DNA of 64,000 nt, taken from NCBI RefSeq assembly GCF_006345805.1, contig NC_043002.1, positions 74,834,001-74,898,000 on the forward strand. Direction: 5' to 3'. The notes beneath the pieces were generated by a model. It had not been told where the DNA came from and did not search any database. It saw only the letters and a program-made list of their open reading frames with translations. Positions within the stretch are counted from its first letter, which is position 1. Each line of letters begins with the position of its first letter. This DNA comes from Octopus sinensis (lineage: Eukaryota). The position numbers and the translations under genes are program-made. Positions 1 to 13,474 of the stretch are shown piece after piece.

Positions 1-131
1 TCTAAAGAAATTCACTTAAAAAAAGCAAAAAATAAATGCACATTGTGCAAAGAAGCAGTCTTTGATGGGAAATTTTTTCTAAAATGAGGCTAAACTTCAT
101 CACACAGAACAGTGCTTAGTTTCTGTTTTTT

Positions 132-800
132 GACCCCAAAGGCAACGACTAGTGACTGAGACCTTTGGAAATATGCTGTGCTTGAGAAAACCCGGCAAGC
201 CAATTGAGACCATAACCCGTGGCCTATGCCAGGGGTGTAACCAGGCCACTTATGCGTACCTTTCCTTTATTGTACACTAAACTATGCTTGCGAAGACCTG
301 TTAAGGCAAGTGAAATCGAAATCAAATTTGATGACAGCACCTACGACTGGTATCCGTGCTAGTAGAGGGCTAAGAGCACCATCTGAGTGTGATTGTTGCC
401 AGAGCAGCTGACTGGCTCCCATGCCGGTGGCATATAAAAAGTACCATTCGAATGTGATCGTTACTAGTGTCACCTTACTGGCGCTTGTGCCAGTGGCTCA
501 TGTAAAAATATTTGAGTGAGGTCGTTGCCAGTACCGCTGGACTGGCTCCTGTGTATTTGGCATGTAAACAAAACACCATTTGAACATGACTGCTGCCAGT
601 ACCACCTGACTGGCCTTCGTGCCGGTGGCACGTAAAAGCACCCGCTACACTCTCGGAGTGGTTGGTGTTAGGAAGGGCATCCATCTGCAGAAACTTTGCC
701 AGATCAGATTGGAGCCTGGTGCAGCCATCTGGTTCACCAGTCCTCAGTCTAATCGCCCAAACCATGCCAGCATGGAAAACAGACATTAAATGATGATGAA
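132..800 (+). mobile_element. RTE-tailed SINE/non-autonomous retroposon with internal ~60-bp tandem units
   Basis: Repeated gtgccggtggcacgtaaaagcacc-like units, then ggttggtgttaggaagggcatcc and a 3' tail ccatgccagcatggaaaa...(gat)n. Related copies at 3027-3305 and 27601-28008. Confidence 0.85.
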
Positions 801-1120
801 GAAGGAGAAGAAACAAAAATTCTCATTGAATTGTAGCTATATGATGTTCAGGACTTGGCAACACTTGCAACAACTTCCAGTACAGGACTGTAAGTTAATT
901 TCAAACAAACAATGATGTGCTTTGAAAGATTCTACAAACGATTGTTGTTATTAAAGTTATTGAAAGGTTGAGATTTCTTTCTTTTAAAGAATGTTTTCAT
1001 TCTGGAGTTGTGTGTGTGTTTCAATCCAACATTTAATGCGCTTTGAGAACCTTTATTCTGATACAGAATTAATTCGCATACTCTCGACAGTGAATAAAAT
1101 TTTTATGACATCAAGAAATA

Positions 1121-1310
1121 TCATCATCATCACCATGATCAACGTCTGCCTTCCATGCTGGCATGGGTTAGACAGTTTAACAATAGCTGGCAAACCAGAG
1201 GACTGTGTGAAGCTCTATTGTCTGTTTTGACATGGTTTCTATGGTTAGATGCCCTTCCTAATTCCAACTATTTTACAGTTTATTGGGTTGTTTTTTGTGA
1301 TGCCAGCACT
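1121..1310 (-). mobile_element. RTE-tailed SINE 3' fragment
   Basis: (cat)n followed by ttccatgctggcatgggtt...gatgcccttcctaa, the reverse complement of the tail at 640-800. Confidence 0.75.
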
Positions 1311-1427
1311 TGCTCGAAATATTCCTGTTATTTTAACTGCTCTTTCTAGCTCCACTTTTCCATAATATTTTATGTTCTTTTTATCTAAGTAGTAATTCTA
1401 ACTAGATAATGGCCTGATCATCATATT

Positions 1428-1459
<32 letters not shown>

Positions 1460-1505
1460 TGTATGATTATGTATGTATGTATGTATGTATGTATATGTAT
1501 GTATG

Positions 1506-1537
<32 letters not shown>

Positions 1538-1874
1538 TGTATGTATGTATGTATGTATGTATGTTGTATGTATGTAGTATGTATGTATGTATGTATGTAT
1601 GTATGTATGTATGTATGTGTATGTATGTATTATGTATGTATGTATGTATGTATGTATGTATGTGTATGTATGTATGTATGTATGTATATGTATGTATGTA
1701 TGTATGTTCATCCGTCTGCCCAACCGTTCATGTGTATGTATGTATGTCTGTATGTCTGTCTGTGCACGTGTGTGTATGTGTGTATATACAAATGTTTGTA
1801 TATTTATATACCTATACATATGTAAATCTGTGTGTATGTGTGCAAGTATATATATATATATACATACATACACA

Positions 1875-1905
<31 letters not shown>

Positions 1906-1930
1906 GTGTGTTTGCGTGTATGTATATAAT
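1428..1930. repeat. (TATG)n microsatellite grading into (TA)/(CA)/(TG)
   Basis: Direct inspection; it explains the MYVC/HTYI ORFs. Confidence 0.95.
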
Positions 1931-2197
1931 ATATGTTACAGTTCATGAGGTAGTGAAATGAAAATAATTTTTAATTAATTGAAATAATTATGGCCCTGAT
2001 GAGGTAAAAAGTAATTAGCATTAATGGAAATTTACTCTCATAGGAGTGCAAAGAGAGAACTCCCAAAATTTCAATCAGCCAAATAATAACATTACTTGAG
2101 ATACACAGGGGCATGTAGGTTTGAATCATTGGTAGCCATAATGATGTCTCCAAACATGTGTAAATTTTATTAGTTCTCCTCAGTGAGGCATAGGTGA

Positions 2198-2354
2198 CTC
2201 ATCATCATTATTTGATGTCCCTTTTTCCATGCTTGCATGGGCTGGACAAAATTTGTTGAAACAGATTTTCTACAACTATCATGTGAAGTTCAAGGCAAGG
2301 AGATAGTAACCCCGCCACGCACACACGTTTGAGCACATATATGAAACAAGCCTG

Positions 2355-2391
<37 letters not shown>

Positions 2392-2545
2392 GCTTCTTTC
2401 AGTTTATCAAATCCTCTCAGAAGGCTTTGGTTGACTTAGGACTATAGGAGAAAACATTTTCCCAAGGTGTGCTGTGTAGTGGGACTGAACCTGTGACCAT
2501 GTGGTTTGGATGCAAACTTCTTACCACACAACCATGCATGTACCT
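2198..2545 (-). mobile_element. tRNA/CORE-head SINE with RTE-type tail
   Basis: (cat)n and ccatgcttgcatggg tail at left; gggcttctttcagttt...cccaaggtg...gggactgaacc...accacac head at right. Confidence 0.7.
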
Positions 2546-3026
2546 TATGGTTGCTAGAATATTAGAATAATGACAAATGTCCAATTAATGAATGCCTTTT
2601 ACTCTAAAAACTATTTCTGTTGCTCATTCTGTGATCTTGGTAGCTACTGAGTGCAGTTTGCAGTGATGAGGAAAATCTAATAAGATGGATATATGTATTT
2701 TGGAAGTTGTCATCTTAGCTGCCATAAATCAGCCTCCTTGTATTTTCCATGTATGTGAAGTTTTTAGCTGACTGAAATTTCCAAAGTTTTAACCCTTGTC
2801 TCTTGTGAGAATTAATTTTCATTAACACTAATGACATTTTTTTTTTCAGTAGAGCTGTAATTTCAATTAAGAATTTATTTTTGGCTTACCACTTCAGGTA
2901 TGGTGACTTTCACTCAGTTACATGTTATTCTCTATGGTAGATGATATTTTAGTGGTTGTTGGTAGGGATGTAAGCATTTTGTTAGAACATACCCTTTTTC
3001 TATCTTTTTTAAAGATACTAACTTCA

Positions 3027-3305
3027 CATCATCATCATCATCATCGTTTAACGTCGGTTTTCCACGCTAGCACGGGTTGGATGGTTCGACCGGGGTCTGG
3101 GGAACCAGGAGCTGCTCCAGGCTCCAGTCTGATCTGGCAGTGTTTCTACAGCTGGATGCCCTTCCTAATGCCAACCACTCCGCGAGTGTAGTGGGTGCTT
3201 TTTACGTGCCACCTGCACAGGTGCCAGAGGGGTCTGGCATCAGCCACGATCGGTTGGTGCTTTTTATGTGCCACCGGCACAGAAGCCAGTCGGGGCGGTG
3301 CTGAC
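3027..3305 (-). mobile_element. RTE-tailed SINE, young 5'-truncated copy
   Basis: (cat)n cgtttaacgtc...ggtgctttttacgtgccacc; CpGs are retained. Confidence 0.85.
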
Positions 3306-3454
3306 CATTTTAGTTCACTTTTTAATCTTGTGTAAGCAGTATCCAATGGATAGACTGTGAAAAGATAAACTTTTAGCTGAATAATACCATGTTATTTTTA
3401 ATTGTTTTTGTTATTTCTAATTGTCTTCGGCTAATAATTACAATTGCAACATAG

Positions 3455-3476
3455 ATTTAACACGAGCAACATTTGA
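3455..3476 (+). CDS. candidate alternative terminal exon XFNTSNI*
   Basis: caacatag|a ttt aac acg agc aac att tga; class I PDZ-like end (S-x-I); weak pyrimidine tract. Confidence 0.25.
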
Positions 3477-3788
3477 AATGTATCCTGTGCAGAATGCAAT
3501 TTTTGGTGGAAAGATTGCTTTTGATTTTATGGTTCATCATTGTTGTCGTCATTGTCATTTTATCTTCCATTTCTTCATGCTTGCTTGGGTTGGGCAGAAT
3601 GTATTGAGGCAGATTTTTTTTCTACATCTGGATGCCCTTTTTGCCACCAACCCTTACTCTGTTTGCTAGCAAGGTAATATTTCTCAATGACTAGACGTTG
3701 TTTTCTTTTCACAGAATATAGGAAATGAATGATATTCATTTACAACAATCATGCAATTTAAAGAGGAGACACAAACCCCTCCACACGC

Positions 3789-3821
<33 letters not shown>

Positions 3822-5033
3822 TTTACTGTGTTTGCATAATTTCATCTGATAAGCAGAATTGTTGGTCTATTAATAAAATGCAGTTATTTTCATCATCTAT
3901 ACAGAAGTACAAAAGTAAGTTTCCAAGAAACATCTTCAATTTTATTGCTGAGCATGATATGCCAAGCATTCTCAATTGCTGACTCATCATTTTGCAGTTC
4001 TCTTCTTCATCTCCTCAAGTATTCATTAAGAGATATTGTTGAAACTCCATGTGTTTTTCTGCATGTTAAAGGAACCAAATTAGCCAAACACCATAACAGC
4101 TTGCCAATTGATCAAAACTGAAATTCTGTAGAGGGTATCATTCTTAATCATTCGAATAAGGTGAGCTACTATGAACTACATAGCATAGTTGCAACTGCAG
4201 CATCATAAATACTGTGCCTTGTTAACATGCATATGGCATATACACATGCACATTCCTGACATACAGTATACACCCACACAGCATATTTGCATGTATATAC
4301 CATACAAGCTTGCACATAATGTACTCGTACTCACACACCACACTTGTGATTGTATACCATATGGATCTGTGACAAGGGTGCTCATTCGTTAGGCTTAACA
4401 TCAGCACATGCACACTCTACAACCAATCGCTCTGCTTCCACATAGCACATATTTAGATTTACATTCCACTTGGAAAAAATACTTATAGACACACGTTGTG
4501 GTAGAATGTCTGATAAGCATTTGATAGCTAGATGTTGTGTGTGTGTACACCCATGGCAGCATGGAAAGCAGATGTTAAACGATGATATATATATATATAT
4601 ATATATGACCAAAGCTTTGTGATTGAATTCGGTAGGCGGAAGTTACTATTGTGTGTGTATATGTGCGTGTAGGTGCTCAGTGCCTCTCCGAAAGCGAGAG
4701 AGGGATATATATTTGTGTACTAGTCTTACATGATTTTGAGCATGTTGCTCATTTCTGCATTTCCACTCTTCTGTGTAAAATATGCCTGGTGATGGGAAAA
4801 TATTACCTTTCTTGGAAGCAAGGTGAGGGTTGATGACAGCAAGAGCATTTGGTTGTAGAAAATCTGTCAACAAATTCCATGTAACCCATGCTAGCATGGT
4901 AAAGTAGACACTAAAATAATGATGATGATGATGTGTGTGTGTTTTGAAGTTCTTTTTAAGTGAACATAAGCCAGTCATTAAAATTAAGAAAGATTTCTTA
5001 CTTGAAGAATTTCCTGTCAGTTTATATTATACA

Positions 5034-5094
<61 letters not shown>

Positions 5095-5206
5095 ATGTCT
5101 CCACATATGCACTAGTTTGCCTGTATGCAATTGGTATACTGTTTCTCTCAAGTAACTGAATATGAAAACGCATGCGTGTGAACGGACCCTATTTTTTTTT
5201 CCAAAG

Positions 5207-5228
5207 TAAAAAGCTGTTTAGGATCTGA
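5207..5228 (+). CDS. candidate alternative terminal exon XKKLFRI*
   Basis: tttttttttccaaag|t aaa aag ctg ttt agg atc tga; class II-like end. Confidence 0.35.
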
Positions 5229-6370
5229 GTTGGAAATGGTTTTGTGATACCAATTAAATTCAATTCAAGAAGCTCTCTGTTTCAAGAACTCGTTCAACAT
5301 GATATATTCTTATAGCAATGCATAGTCGTTGTATCATCGTCATCTGCTGCTACTACTACTACTACTACTACTACTACAACAGATCCTTTTGTACACTACT
5401 TTTTTTTCTCCTTATTTTCTTTATTGGACATTCACAATCTTAGTATGAAATGAATCAAATGCCTATGCAACTTCAAATACTGTCATGTGATCCAAGGGTC
5501 TGTTAATCTGATCTCTAATACTTTCTTTACCGAATTTTATTAGTACAGCATTAAAAGCAAATGTTTTTCTTTCAGTGTATATTATCTTTGGTTCTGGGGT
5601 TTTTTTTTGTTTTATTATTTTTTTGTTTCCTCCTTTTTACTTCAATTTTTATCTATTCAGTGTAACATTTGGTTTACTTTTATTTATTATTATTATTATA
5701 TTATTATTATTATATTATTATTATTATTGGTTTCCTACACAAAGTTAAACACCTAAGAAAGAAGGACTTTCTCTCTTGTAGATTCACTGCAAACACTAAA
5801 TGGTTTAGCTATTGATTCCATTCTAAAACACTTTGAATTTCTTGATCTACTGTAAAATGCATTTCACAGAGAAAGGTCTTGTGATCTTCTTTTATGTTCG
5901 GTAGAAATGATCTTTTGCTCGAGAACATTTGGCTAAAGCAAGTCTGTAGCTGTCATTGAGTGAGATCTTTCACTTGCTAGTTATTGCTATTTATTTTCTC
6001 TACCATACCGAGAACAAAAAATAGAAATAATTTATCCCCACTGAAATTTGAACTACAATCCACCGTATTGTTCATCATCTATCAAATATATTCTAACCAC
6101 CCCTTCTTTTTATTTAAAAAAAAAATTCTATTGCATTTGGTAATCTATAGCCTCATTGATTACAGGGTTCCAATGGGATAATCATTGCTTCACTGCATTT
6201 CTGACTGCAATAGTAACAAGGAATTGTTTGTGCTACTCGAGCTGACAAATATTACACAGGGTATTTTTATTTGGATGTATTGGTACTGGTTTTCAGTTTT
6301 CTCCCTAATGCGAACGTTTTTTTGCAATTTACATTGGTGTAAGATAGACATACATATCATAGATATACAT

Positions 6371-6749
6371 ACATAGGCTGTATGGTAAGAAGCTTGCTTC
6401 CCAACCACATGGTTCTGGGTTCAGTCCCACTACGTGGCACCTTGGGCAAGTGTCTTCTACTATAACCTCAGGCTGACCAAAGCCTTGTAAATGGATTTGG
6501 TAGATGGAAACTGAAAGAAGCCCCTTATATATGTATATGTAGGTATGTATGTATTTGTTATTTGTGTCTGTGTTTGTCCCCCCACCATTGCTTGACAACT
6601 GATGTTGGTGAGTGTTAGTGGTTTGGCAAAAAGAGGCCAATATAATAAGTACTAGGCTTATATAGAATAAATCCTGGGATCCATTTGTTCGACTAAAGGT
6701 GGTGCTCCAGCATGACCACAGTCAAATGACTGAAACAAAAAAATAAAAG
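6371..6749 (+). mobile_element. tRNA-derived CORE-like SINE, near full length
   Basis: A/B-box-like head (tggtaaga...ggttcagtccc), ccttgggcaagt CORE-like motif, tail gtcaaatgactgaaaca. Opposite-strand copies at 53152-53555 and 62990-63369. Confidence 0.85.
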
Positions 6750-7493
6750 TGTGTGTGTGTGTGTGTGTTGTCACTTCTGTTAAAACCTTGTTTGGTCACT
6801 TTGTGCCTGTGCAGATGTGTGAAATAAGAGATCCTTTACTTGATGAACAGATAAAGGGTAATGATAGGAAAAGCATCCAGCTGTTACACAGTGTCTCAGT
6901 AATATATCAGTCTAGCCAAGATAAGGTGAAGCTGTGTGCCTTAGAGGTTAGAGTGTTGGTTTCATGATCATAAGATCATAGGTTTGTTTCCTTGATCCTG
7001 TTATACATTGTGTCCTTGAGCAAGGCATGTTATTTCACACTGCTTCATTCTACTCATCTGAAAATTCATACCATCCTCGTGCTGGTGTAACCCTCTCTCC
7101 TCCCAGCTGTCAAATCCTCAGTGCTCTGTTGAGTCAAGGGTGGGTGGTTCAGATGGTATCAGTATCTATGTCTGCTTAAAACAATTATCAAAGTGATGGC
7201 TTAAGTGACAGAATGTAAGCTATACATATGATGTGCTTCTGTTCAAAATCTCTATTCACAAGACATTACTCAACCTGAGTCTGTGGTGAAAAAAAAAAAA
7301 AAAAAAAAAAAAAATTTGCCCAAGGCGCAGTGCAGTAGCATTATACTTGGAACTATTTTAGCTGAGAAGTGAACTTCTTAGCTACACTGCCATCACTGTG
7401 TCAATTCACTGAAATCATTTCCCTTTCTTTTTGGATTTTGTTTTCTTCAATTTTTTTATTAATATTTTTTTAATGACTGTGTTTTTACTCCAG

Positions 7494-7518
7494 CTACAGT
7501 AATGTATTGCATGTGTAA
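7494..7518 (+). CDS. candidate alternative terminal exon XYSNVLHV* (or 21-nt microexon 7494-7514)
   Basis: gtttttactccag|c tac agt aat gta ttg cat gtg taa; a GTAAGT donor at 7515 overlaps the stop. Confidence 0.45.
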
Positions 7519-8510
7519 GTTGTTGTTAATTTTCTCTGCTCTAGCCTAATATCTGTTCACATCTCGATAAACATTGTATATTGATACCTGATCAATCATT
7601 TTCAAAGGACTACTTTGATTCTCATCTACTTGTGTTATTATTTCTTTATGAACAGTTATTATAATGAATTATTTGTATTGTGTCATAGTCTTAATGATGT
7701 TGTCTCTTCTTGAAAATACATCATTTTTAAGGTTATCACGATAGCAATCTGATCATAGAAATATATAAAATAAAAGACAGTAAACAGCAAGAGAGAAATG
7801 TCAGTTTGTATTGAGCTTTTATTTTTCTTTGTTATTTATGTTGAAATTCTCATGCTAGCCGAATAAATTTTAGAATTGGGAAAACCTGATTTGTGAATAG
7901 ATTGGTTGAGAGAAACTGAATGAAGCTCATCACTGTGTGTGTGTGTGATTTGTGTGTTTCGGTCTCCTTGCTTTGACATAACGTATGTCACCATCATGGA
8001 AGTGATGTCTTTCATTTCCAATCTCTTGTGAAAACATGTCTGGTCATTGGGGAATGTTACCTTATTAGGAAATAGGCTATGGTTGGTGATAGGAAGGGCA
8101 TCCAACTGTTAAAAAATCTTCCACAGAAAATTCCATCTGATCCATGCAAGTTAAAGCAGTGATAATGATGATGAATGTAGTGTTTTGTAGCCAATTTAAT
8201 AGAACTGAAACTTTTTACACAAACAAGCCATTTACCCATGGCAGATTTACAAAAGAGGGTTCATATCCTAAATTTTATAAAAAGGGTTCATAGCCTATAT
8301 ATTTGGGCACAGTTGGTTTGAATTAACATGTCGTTTCATTTTCTTAAGAGAATTGGGATTGTTATAAATAATAAATAAGGAAACAGAATGGTGTCATGAT
8401 TGTTACATACAGTTTCTTTTTTTCTTTTTTCGAATGATTTTTAAACATTGATAGGGGTTTGTATAATGTATTTCCTTTATATCCAATTTATCTCTCTCTC
8501 CCTCCACCAG

Positions 8511-8568
8511 TCCGTCACATAATCATTCTTATATAGATAACACAATCAAAGACCAGTTCTCTGTTTAG
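8511..8568 (+). CDS. candidate alternative terminal exon XPSHNHSYIDNTIKDQFSV*
   Basis: Strong acceptor tctctctctccctccaccag|t; open frame ending F-S-V-stop. Confidence 0.5.
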
Positions 8569-9132
8569 TTATGGGTTACAATCAGCTTACAATATAGACA
8601 AAGCTGGTGTTTGTTTAAGATATCTATTGTAGAAACCATTATCTGCATATCAGCTTTGTATAGTGATGGCTAAAACCTAACACCAACCACTGGATTCTGT
8701 AGTATATCAACTAATATGTAAGAATACGGTACACACTCACACCTCCTATTATACACCTATTCGCTTCCTATTAAATATACATACATATGCACACAACATT
8801 TGCATGATATTTACACATTGATGCGCTACTACCATTAACCGAATTGATACATTGCTGTAAGCTTTTTTTAGGGTTAATTACTAACTGGTTTGTAAAACCT
8901 GGTGTGTGTGTGTGTGTGTGGCCCACACCCTACTGCCACCACCAATTTTTGACATGTAGCACCTTAAAATGAAAAGAAGCAAAAAACCGTAAAATTTCCT
9001 TGAAATCAAATTACTGTCTTTTTCTTTCCTTTTCTCTCCCTGCCCCACCCCCTGCCTTCTACCAGCGCATAAATTATGTGGTTTGTAGTTGTTGGTGTAT
9101 TATTAAACTTTCTTGAACTGTATGCGTCACAG

Positions 9133-9166
9133 CTGCTCAGAAAAGAATGTTTACACTATTTTATAA
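9133..9166 (+). CDS. candidate alternative terminal exon XCSEKNVYTIL*
   Basis: tgcgtcacag|c tgc tca gaa aag aat gtt tac act att tta taa; class I PDZ end (T-x-L). Confidence 0.45.
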
Positions 9167-9258
9167 ACTTGTTGACATTTCTTTTTGTTAATTATGTTTA
9201 GTCTTTAGATATTTCAGTTTCCAATTGTTCAATAATGAATTCCAAAAACTATTGTTCA

Positions 9259-9291
<33 letters not shown>

Positions 9292-9599
9292 TCTTTTTCT
9301 TGTTCTTTATTTTCCACATCCTTTTATTCAGCCAAATATTGCTCACTTCCTTATACATTCCATTATCTTTTCCATATTTTTATTTATTATTTTTCTGTTT
9401 GTTTCATATCCTTTCTTCTTTTCTACTTTGTTTTGTTTTAGAATTATTATTATTATTATCCTCGTCATTATTTTTTTTCTTTTGCCATCTCTCTCTCTTC
9501 TATTTACAAATTCTAGCCTTCAGCCACAAATAAATTTTTAACTGTTTAGAAAGCATTTCTCTCTTTTAAGTTGGCTCACATAAACATACACGAACACAT

Positions 9600-9990
9600 T
9601 CTTTTTCTCTCATATCCTTCCTTTCTATCTCTTTCATACTCCTTCTCTCTCTTTATATCTTTCACACTCTTTCTTTCTCTCTTTCATACTCTCCCTCTCT
9701 CTGTTTCATACTTTTTCTTTCTCTATATCTTTCATACTTTTTCTTTCTCTCTTTCATACTCTTCCTCTCTTTCATTCTCTCTCTTTCATACTCTTCCTCT
9801 CTTTCATACTCTCCCTATCTCTTTCTTTCATACTCTCCCTATCTCTTTCTTTCATACTCTCCCTATCTCTCTTTCATACTCTCCCTATCTCTCTCTTTCA
9901 TACTCTCCCTATCTCTCTCTTTCATACTCTCCCTATCTCTCTCTTTTATAGTCTCCTTATCTCTCTCTTTCATTCTCTCTCACTCTTTTA
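9600..9990. repeat. pyrimidine-rich minisatellite, ~22-24 bp unit ctctctttcatactctccctat
   Basis: Direct inspection of tandem units. Confidence 0.85.
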
Positions 9991-10944
9991 TACATATTCT
10001 TTCTCTATTTTGTTTTTCTCAGTCTCTTCTTTCTTTTATTCACACTTTCACTGACTGACTCCATTTTGTCTTGATTTTCATTTTCTCTTGCTCTCATACT
10101 CTCTCTCTCTCTCTCTCTCTCTCTCACCTATCTCTTTTCTGTTGTCCCTATCTCTCTTGCTTTGCTTACCTATTTTCCTTCCCCCCCTCCCCCTCATTTT
10201 ACTGCTGTCAGATTTACATTTTGAGGAAATAAAGATATTCGAAAATGACTTGGTAATCATGGAATTTCCTTAGCATCAAACATAGCAGGAGTTTGTTTTA
10301 GAAGATATTTCAGCATCATTGGAAGCTGAAGATTTTCAGAACTGAAGAGAAAAACTAAAAACAAAATCATCATTCTTCATTCGCGTTTTACTGTTTTATT
10401 CCACTCTACTTCTCTTTCATGAATTCTTACCATTTTCTGTACCTTTGCTAAGATACATTCATTTCTACAAAGCGAACATGAACCAGACACATTTAGAATT
10501 TTCATTTTGGACAATGGACATCTATCTCTTTGTTAGGTCTTGTCCAATTTGACACAAGATCAGGGTTATAATCCTAAAATATGTCCTGTTACTTTTAGTT
10601 TTCTCTTTTCTCTACTATTTATCATGACCTTTTTGTCATGTTCGTCTCACACCATCCATCTCTTTCCTTCTGTTTCCCCAATCTGTTATACCTATTTTTT
10701 TTTTTTTTTTTTGGTTATTTTCTTCCCCCCTCATTCTTTCCCCAACTTCTTCCTAAATTATCATCTCTTTGTAGTATCTTTCTTTCTAACTGCAACATAT
10801 ATCATCAACTTATCTTTTTTTTTCTTCTTGAGTTTAGTATGAAAATGTTGCTTGGTTGGTTGTCACAAAAGCAACTTATTTAGAAACCTGAGTGCTGAAC
10901 AGCTAAATTGATATACTACTTGTGCATGAGCCAGTAAGGCAGTC

Positions 10945-11300
10945 CTCTATATGGTAGTTTGACCTACTGGAAATAGCAGCCAAATCTTTCTCAATTCACA
11001 TTCTACCATTTAAAAACAAAATGGAAAGATGCATTGGATAATGTAGACTTAGATACACTGGAATGGAAAATGAGATTGCAGTACTCTATGTGGTCGTTTC
11101 ACCTACTAGGAATAGCAACCAATTGTCCCTCAAATCACATTCTACTGTTTAAAAACAGGGAGGACACATTGGATAATGTAGTCTTAGATGCACTATAGTT
11201 GAAAATGAGATGCTATGATTACAGCTGTAACACCAAGATGACATGATTATGGCTATAACACCTTTGGCTCAATCAGGTTTAACCTAAGGCTAAAGTTGCA
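10945..11300. repeat. unclassified dispersed repeat, locally duplicated (~140 bp period)
   Basis: Two adjacent copies of ctcta..tggt..ttt.acctact.g.aatagca.ccaa...cattggataatgtag.cttagat. Related fragments near 23550-23690 (reverse), 51630-51730, 56300-56400 and 59900-60060. Confidence 0.65.
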
Positions 11301-11678
11301 ACAACAATCAATAGTGCTGTACAATAGATGAGTAGAGTGCTAGGAATAACATTGATGTAGCATAAATAAATATATTTCCTTACTTGTAGAAATCTATTAT
11401 GTAGTAGTAGTCTTAATCCATTTTGGACAGTAGACTTAACAGCTCATGTTGTTGGAAAGAGTGCCTTTAGACTAGTCCACACTGTTGCAGTCATTAGGAC
11501 CAGTTATCTATCTGGTCTTTGCATAACTCAATATCTTGAAGTGCTTTTCCTGGCTTCAGTTGTCTCTATCACAGCTTCTTCCTCTCTTTCCTTCCATCAC
11601 TTTTGGATCCATAGAGAAAGAAAAGTAAGAGAAAGAAAAAATAAATGTTAGGGGCACTCTCTTTTCTTAACTGAAACT

Positions 11679-12098
11679 TTAACCCTTGTCGTACCAACAC
11701 TCCTGAGACTGCCCCTGGTTCTTTGCTACAAACTTTGTCTTTGAGACTTCATGTTAATTTATGTTCCAACCTTTTAGTAGTTAAACTGACCATATCTGGC
11801 TCAAATATTGTTCCCATTTTATGTTCAAACTGGCGAGATCAGGCCTCTCACACATGCCCTACAATGTCATTCTAAAAATAATCACATTATTGAAATCTTG
11901 AATCTACGAAATAATGCATGATTAATTCTAAACAATGTGAATAAATAAACGTTACAATTGACAGACTAATCCGAATGCTAAAGGGTTAATAACGACAAGT
12001 TATTAAAGCTGCTATTTTATCAAATTCTTCATTATTTTCAAAATGAATTGTATCAAAGGCAGTGTATTTTAGCAGAAATATGGTAGTGAAAGGCATAA
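11679..12098. mobile_element. TTAA-flanked MITE (family B) interrupted by a family A MITE (11768-11989)
   Basis: Starts ttaaccctt; outer parts match 41212-41430 and the inner part matches 24668-24886. Confidence 0.75.
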
Positions 12099-12366
12099 AA
12101 AAAATATTCATCCTACCTTCATCATTATAGAAAATACAAGCACTTAACCAATGGTGATGTTGACGGTATACTCAAGCCAATTATATATATTTAGGGAATT
12201 TGAACCATTTTGTTCTGCTAGACAGAAGTCGTCTTCTACATTAGTCTACTTAAGTCGTGCACTCATTCATGTTGTTCTCTTGTTTATCGAAGGTAAAGGT
12301 GGAACTTATTACTTGAATTGATCTCCAATAGGACAGTCTCTAAAAATTTATTTCTACATCTCAGCA

Positions 12367-12406
<40 letters not shown>

Positions 12407-12762
12407 CTATTTGGCTTTGCTTCTTATCCATTCTGTTAGAACTATGAAAATAAGGCAGCTGAATGCTTGGCAAATAAATCTGGGAAAATAAAAACCTGAA
12501 AAAAAAAATTTTTTTTTTACAAAGATAAATCAGACTGTTAGAGATGTTCTTTGCTAATCCGTTTCTGGAATGTTGTGTGTGTGTTGTTTTTTCCCCCCTC
12601 CTTCTGCCTCACTCCCTCCACCCACTTTTCTAAACATTTTCTTTTTTGTTTCATTTTTACCTCATGTGTATTGATATTAGTAAATTTACTTTCGTTATTT
12701 TCTTATCTGTAATCTTGAAAACCTTTTCCATACTTCGACTTTTCCTCTTTCGTTTCCCTAAG

Positions 12763-12793
12763 CATACATCAACCTCTCTGGATCACTGTATGA
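12763..12793 (+). CDS. candidate alternative terminal exon XIHQPLWITV*
   Basis: ttttcctctttcgtttccctaag|c ata cat caa cct ctc tgg atc act gta tga; class II-like end. Confidence 0.45.
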
Positions 12794-13048
12794 CTGTGTT
12801 ATTGGATATATGTACGTGTGTATGAATGTATGTTTGTATGTATGTATGTATGTATGTATGTATGTATGTATGTGTGTGTGTATATATATATGTATATATT
12901 CTGGATTGAAATGACATTTAAGGACAGTTATGTGGGAATGCACCGACTGACAAGTACTGCATTATTTCAGCTTTACTTTCCTGAAAGGAATAAATTATTA
13001 ATGACTAGGATGATGATGATGGTGGTGGTGGTGGTAGTTGTAGTAGTA

Positions 13049-13088
<40 letters not shown>

Positions 13089-13420
13089 TAATAATACTAT
13101 GAGCAGAAACAAAATGAAAATAACAATCTCTTTTAGATAATTTCTTTTTATTATCTATAGCAATATTTTATCATATTTTCTAGTTTGTATATATTGTTTT
13201 CAAAAACATCATTATTTGAATGCTAAAACATATGATAGATGGTTGATATTTACTGATACAGCTTGTCTCATTGTCTGTTTCCATCACTGGTGAAATTTGC
13301 ATAGCTGCATGTATGCAGATGTTTCTTATGTAAATGCAGGTTCTTTGCTTTCTGTGTTCAGCACAGCTACACATGTAAGCAAATATGCTTAAATGTTACC
13401 TAAAATATAAGATGTGTATC

Positions 13421-13474
<54 letters not shown>

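Noticed and set aside
350-645. CRISPR-like or HDV-ribozyme reading of the 60-bp units
   Set aside because: The spacers are homologous to each other, the context is a eukaryotic SINE, and HDV P1/P2/P1.1 pairings could not be built.
1993-2112. Hammerhead-like ccctgatgag...cagggg
   Set aside because: The GAAA and GUH elements are missing.
2850-2897. 48-nt phase 2-2 cassette exon (RAVISIKNLFLAYHF)
   Set aside because: Splice signals are plausible but the composition is intron-like and nothing else supports it.
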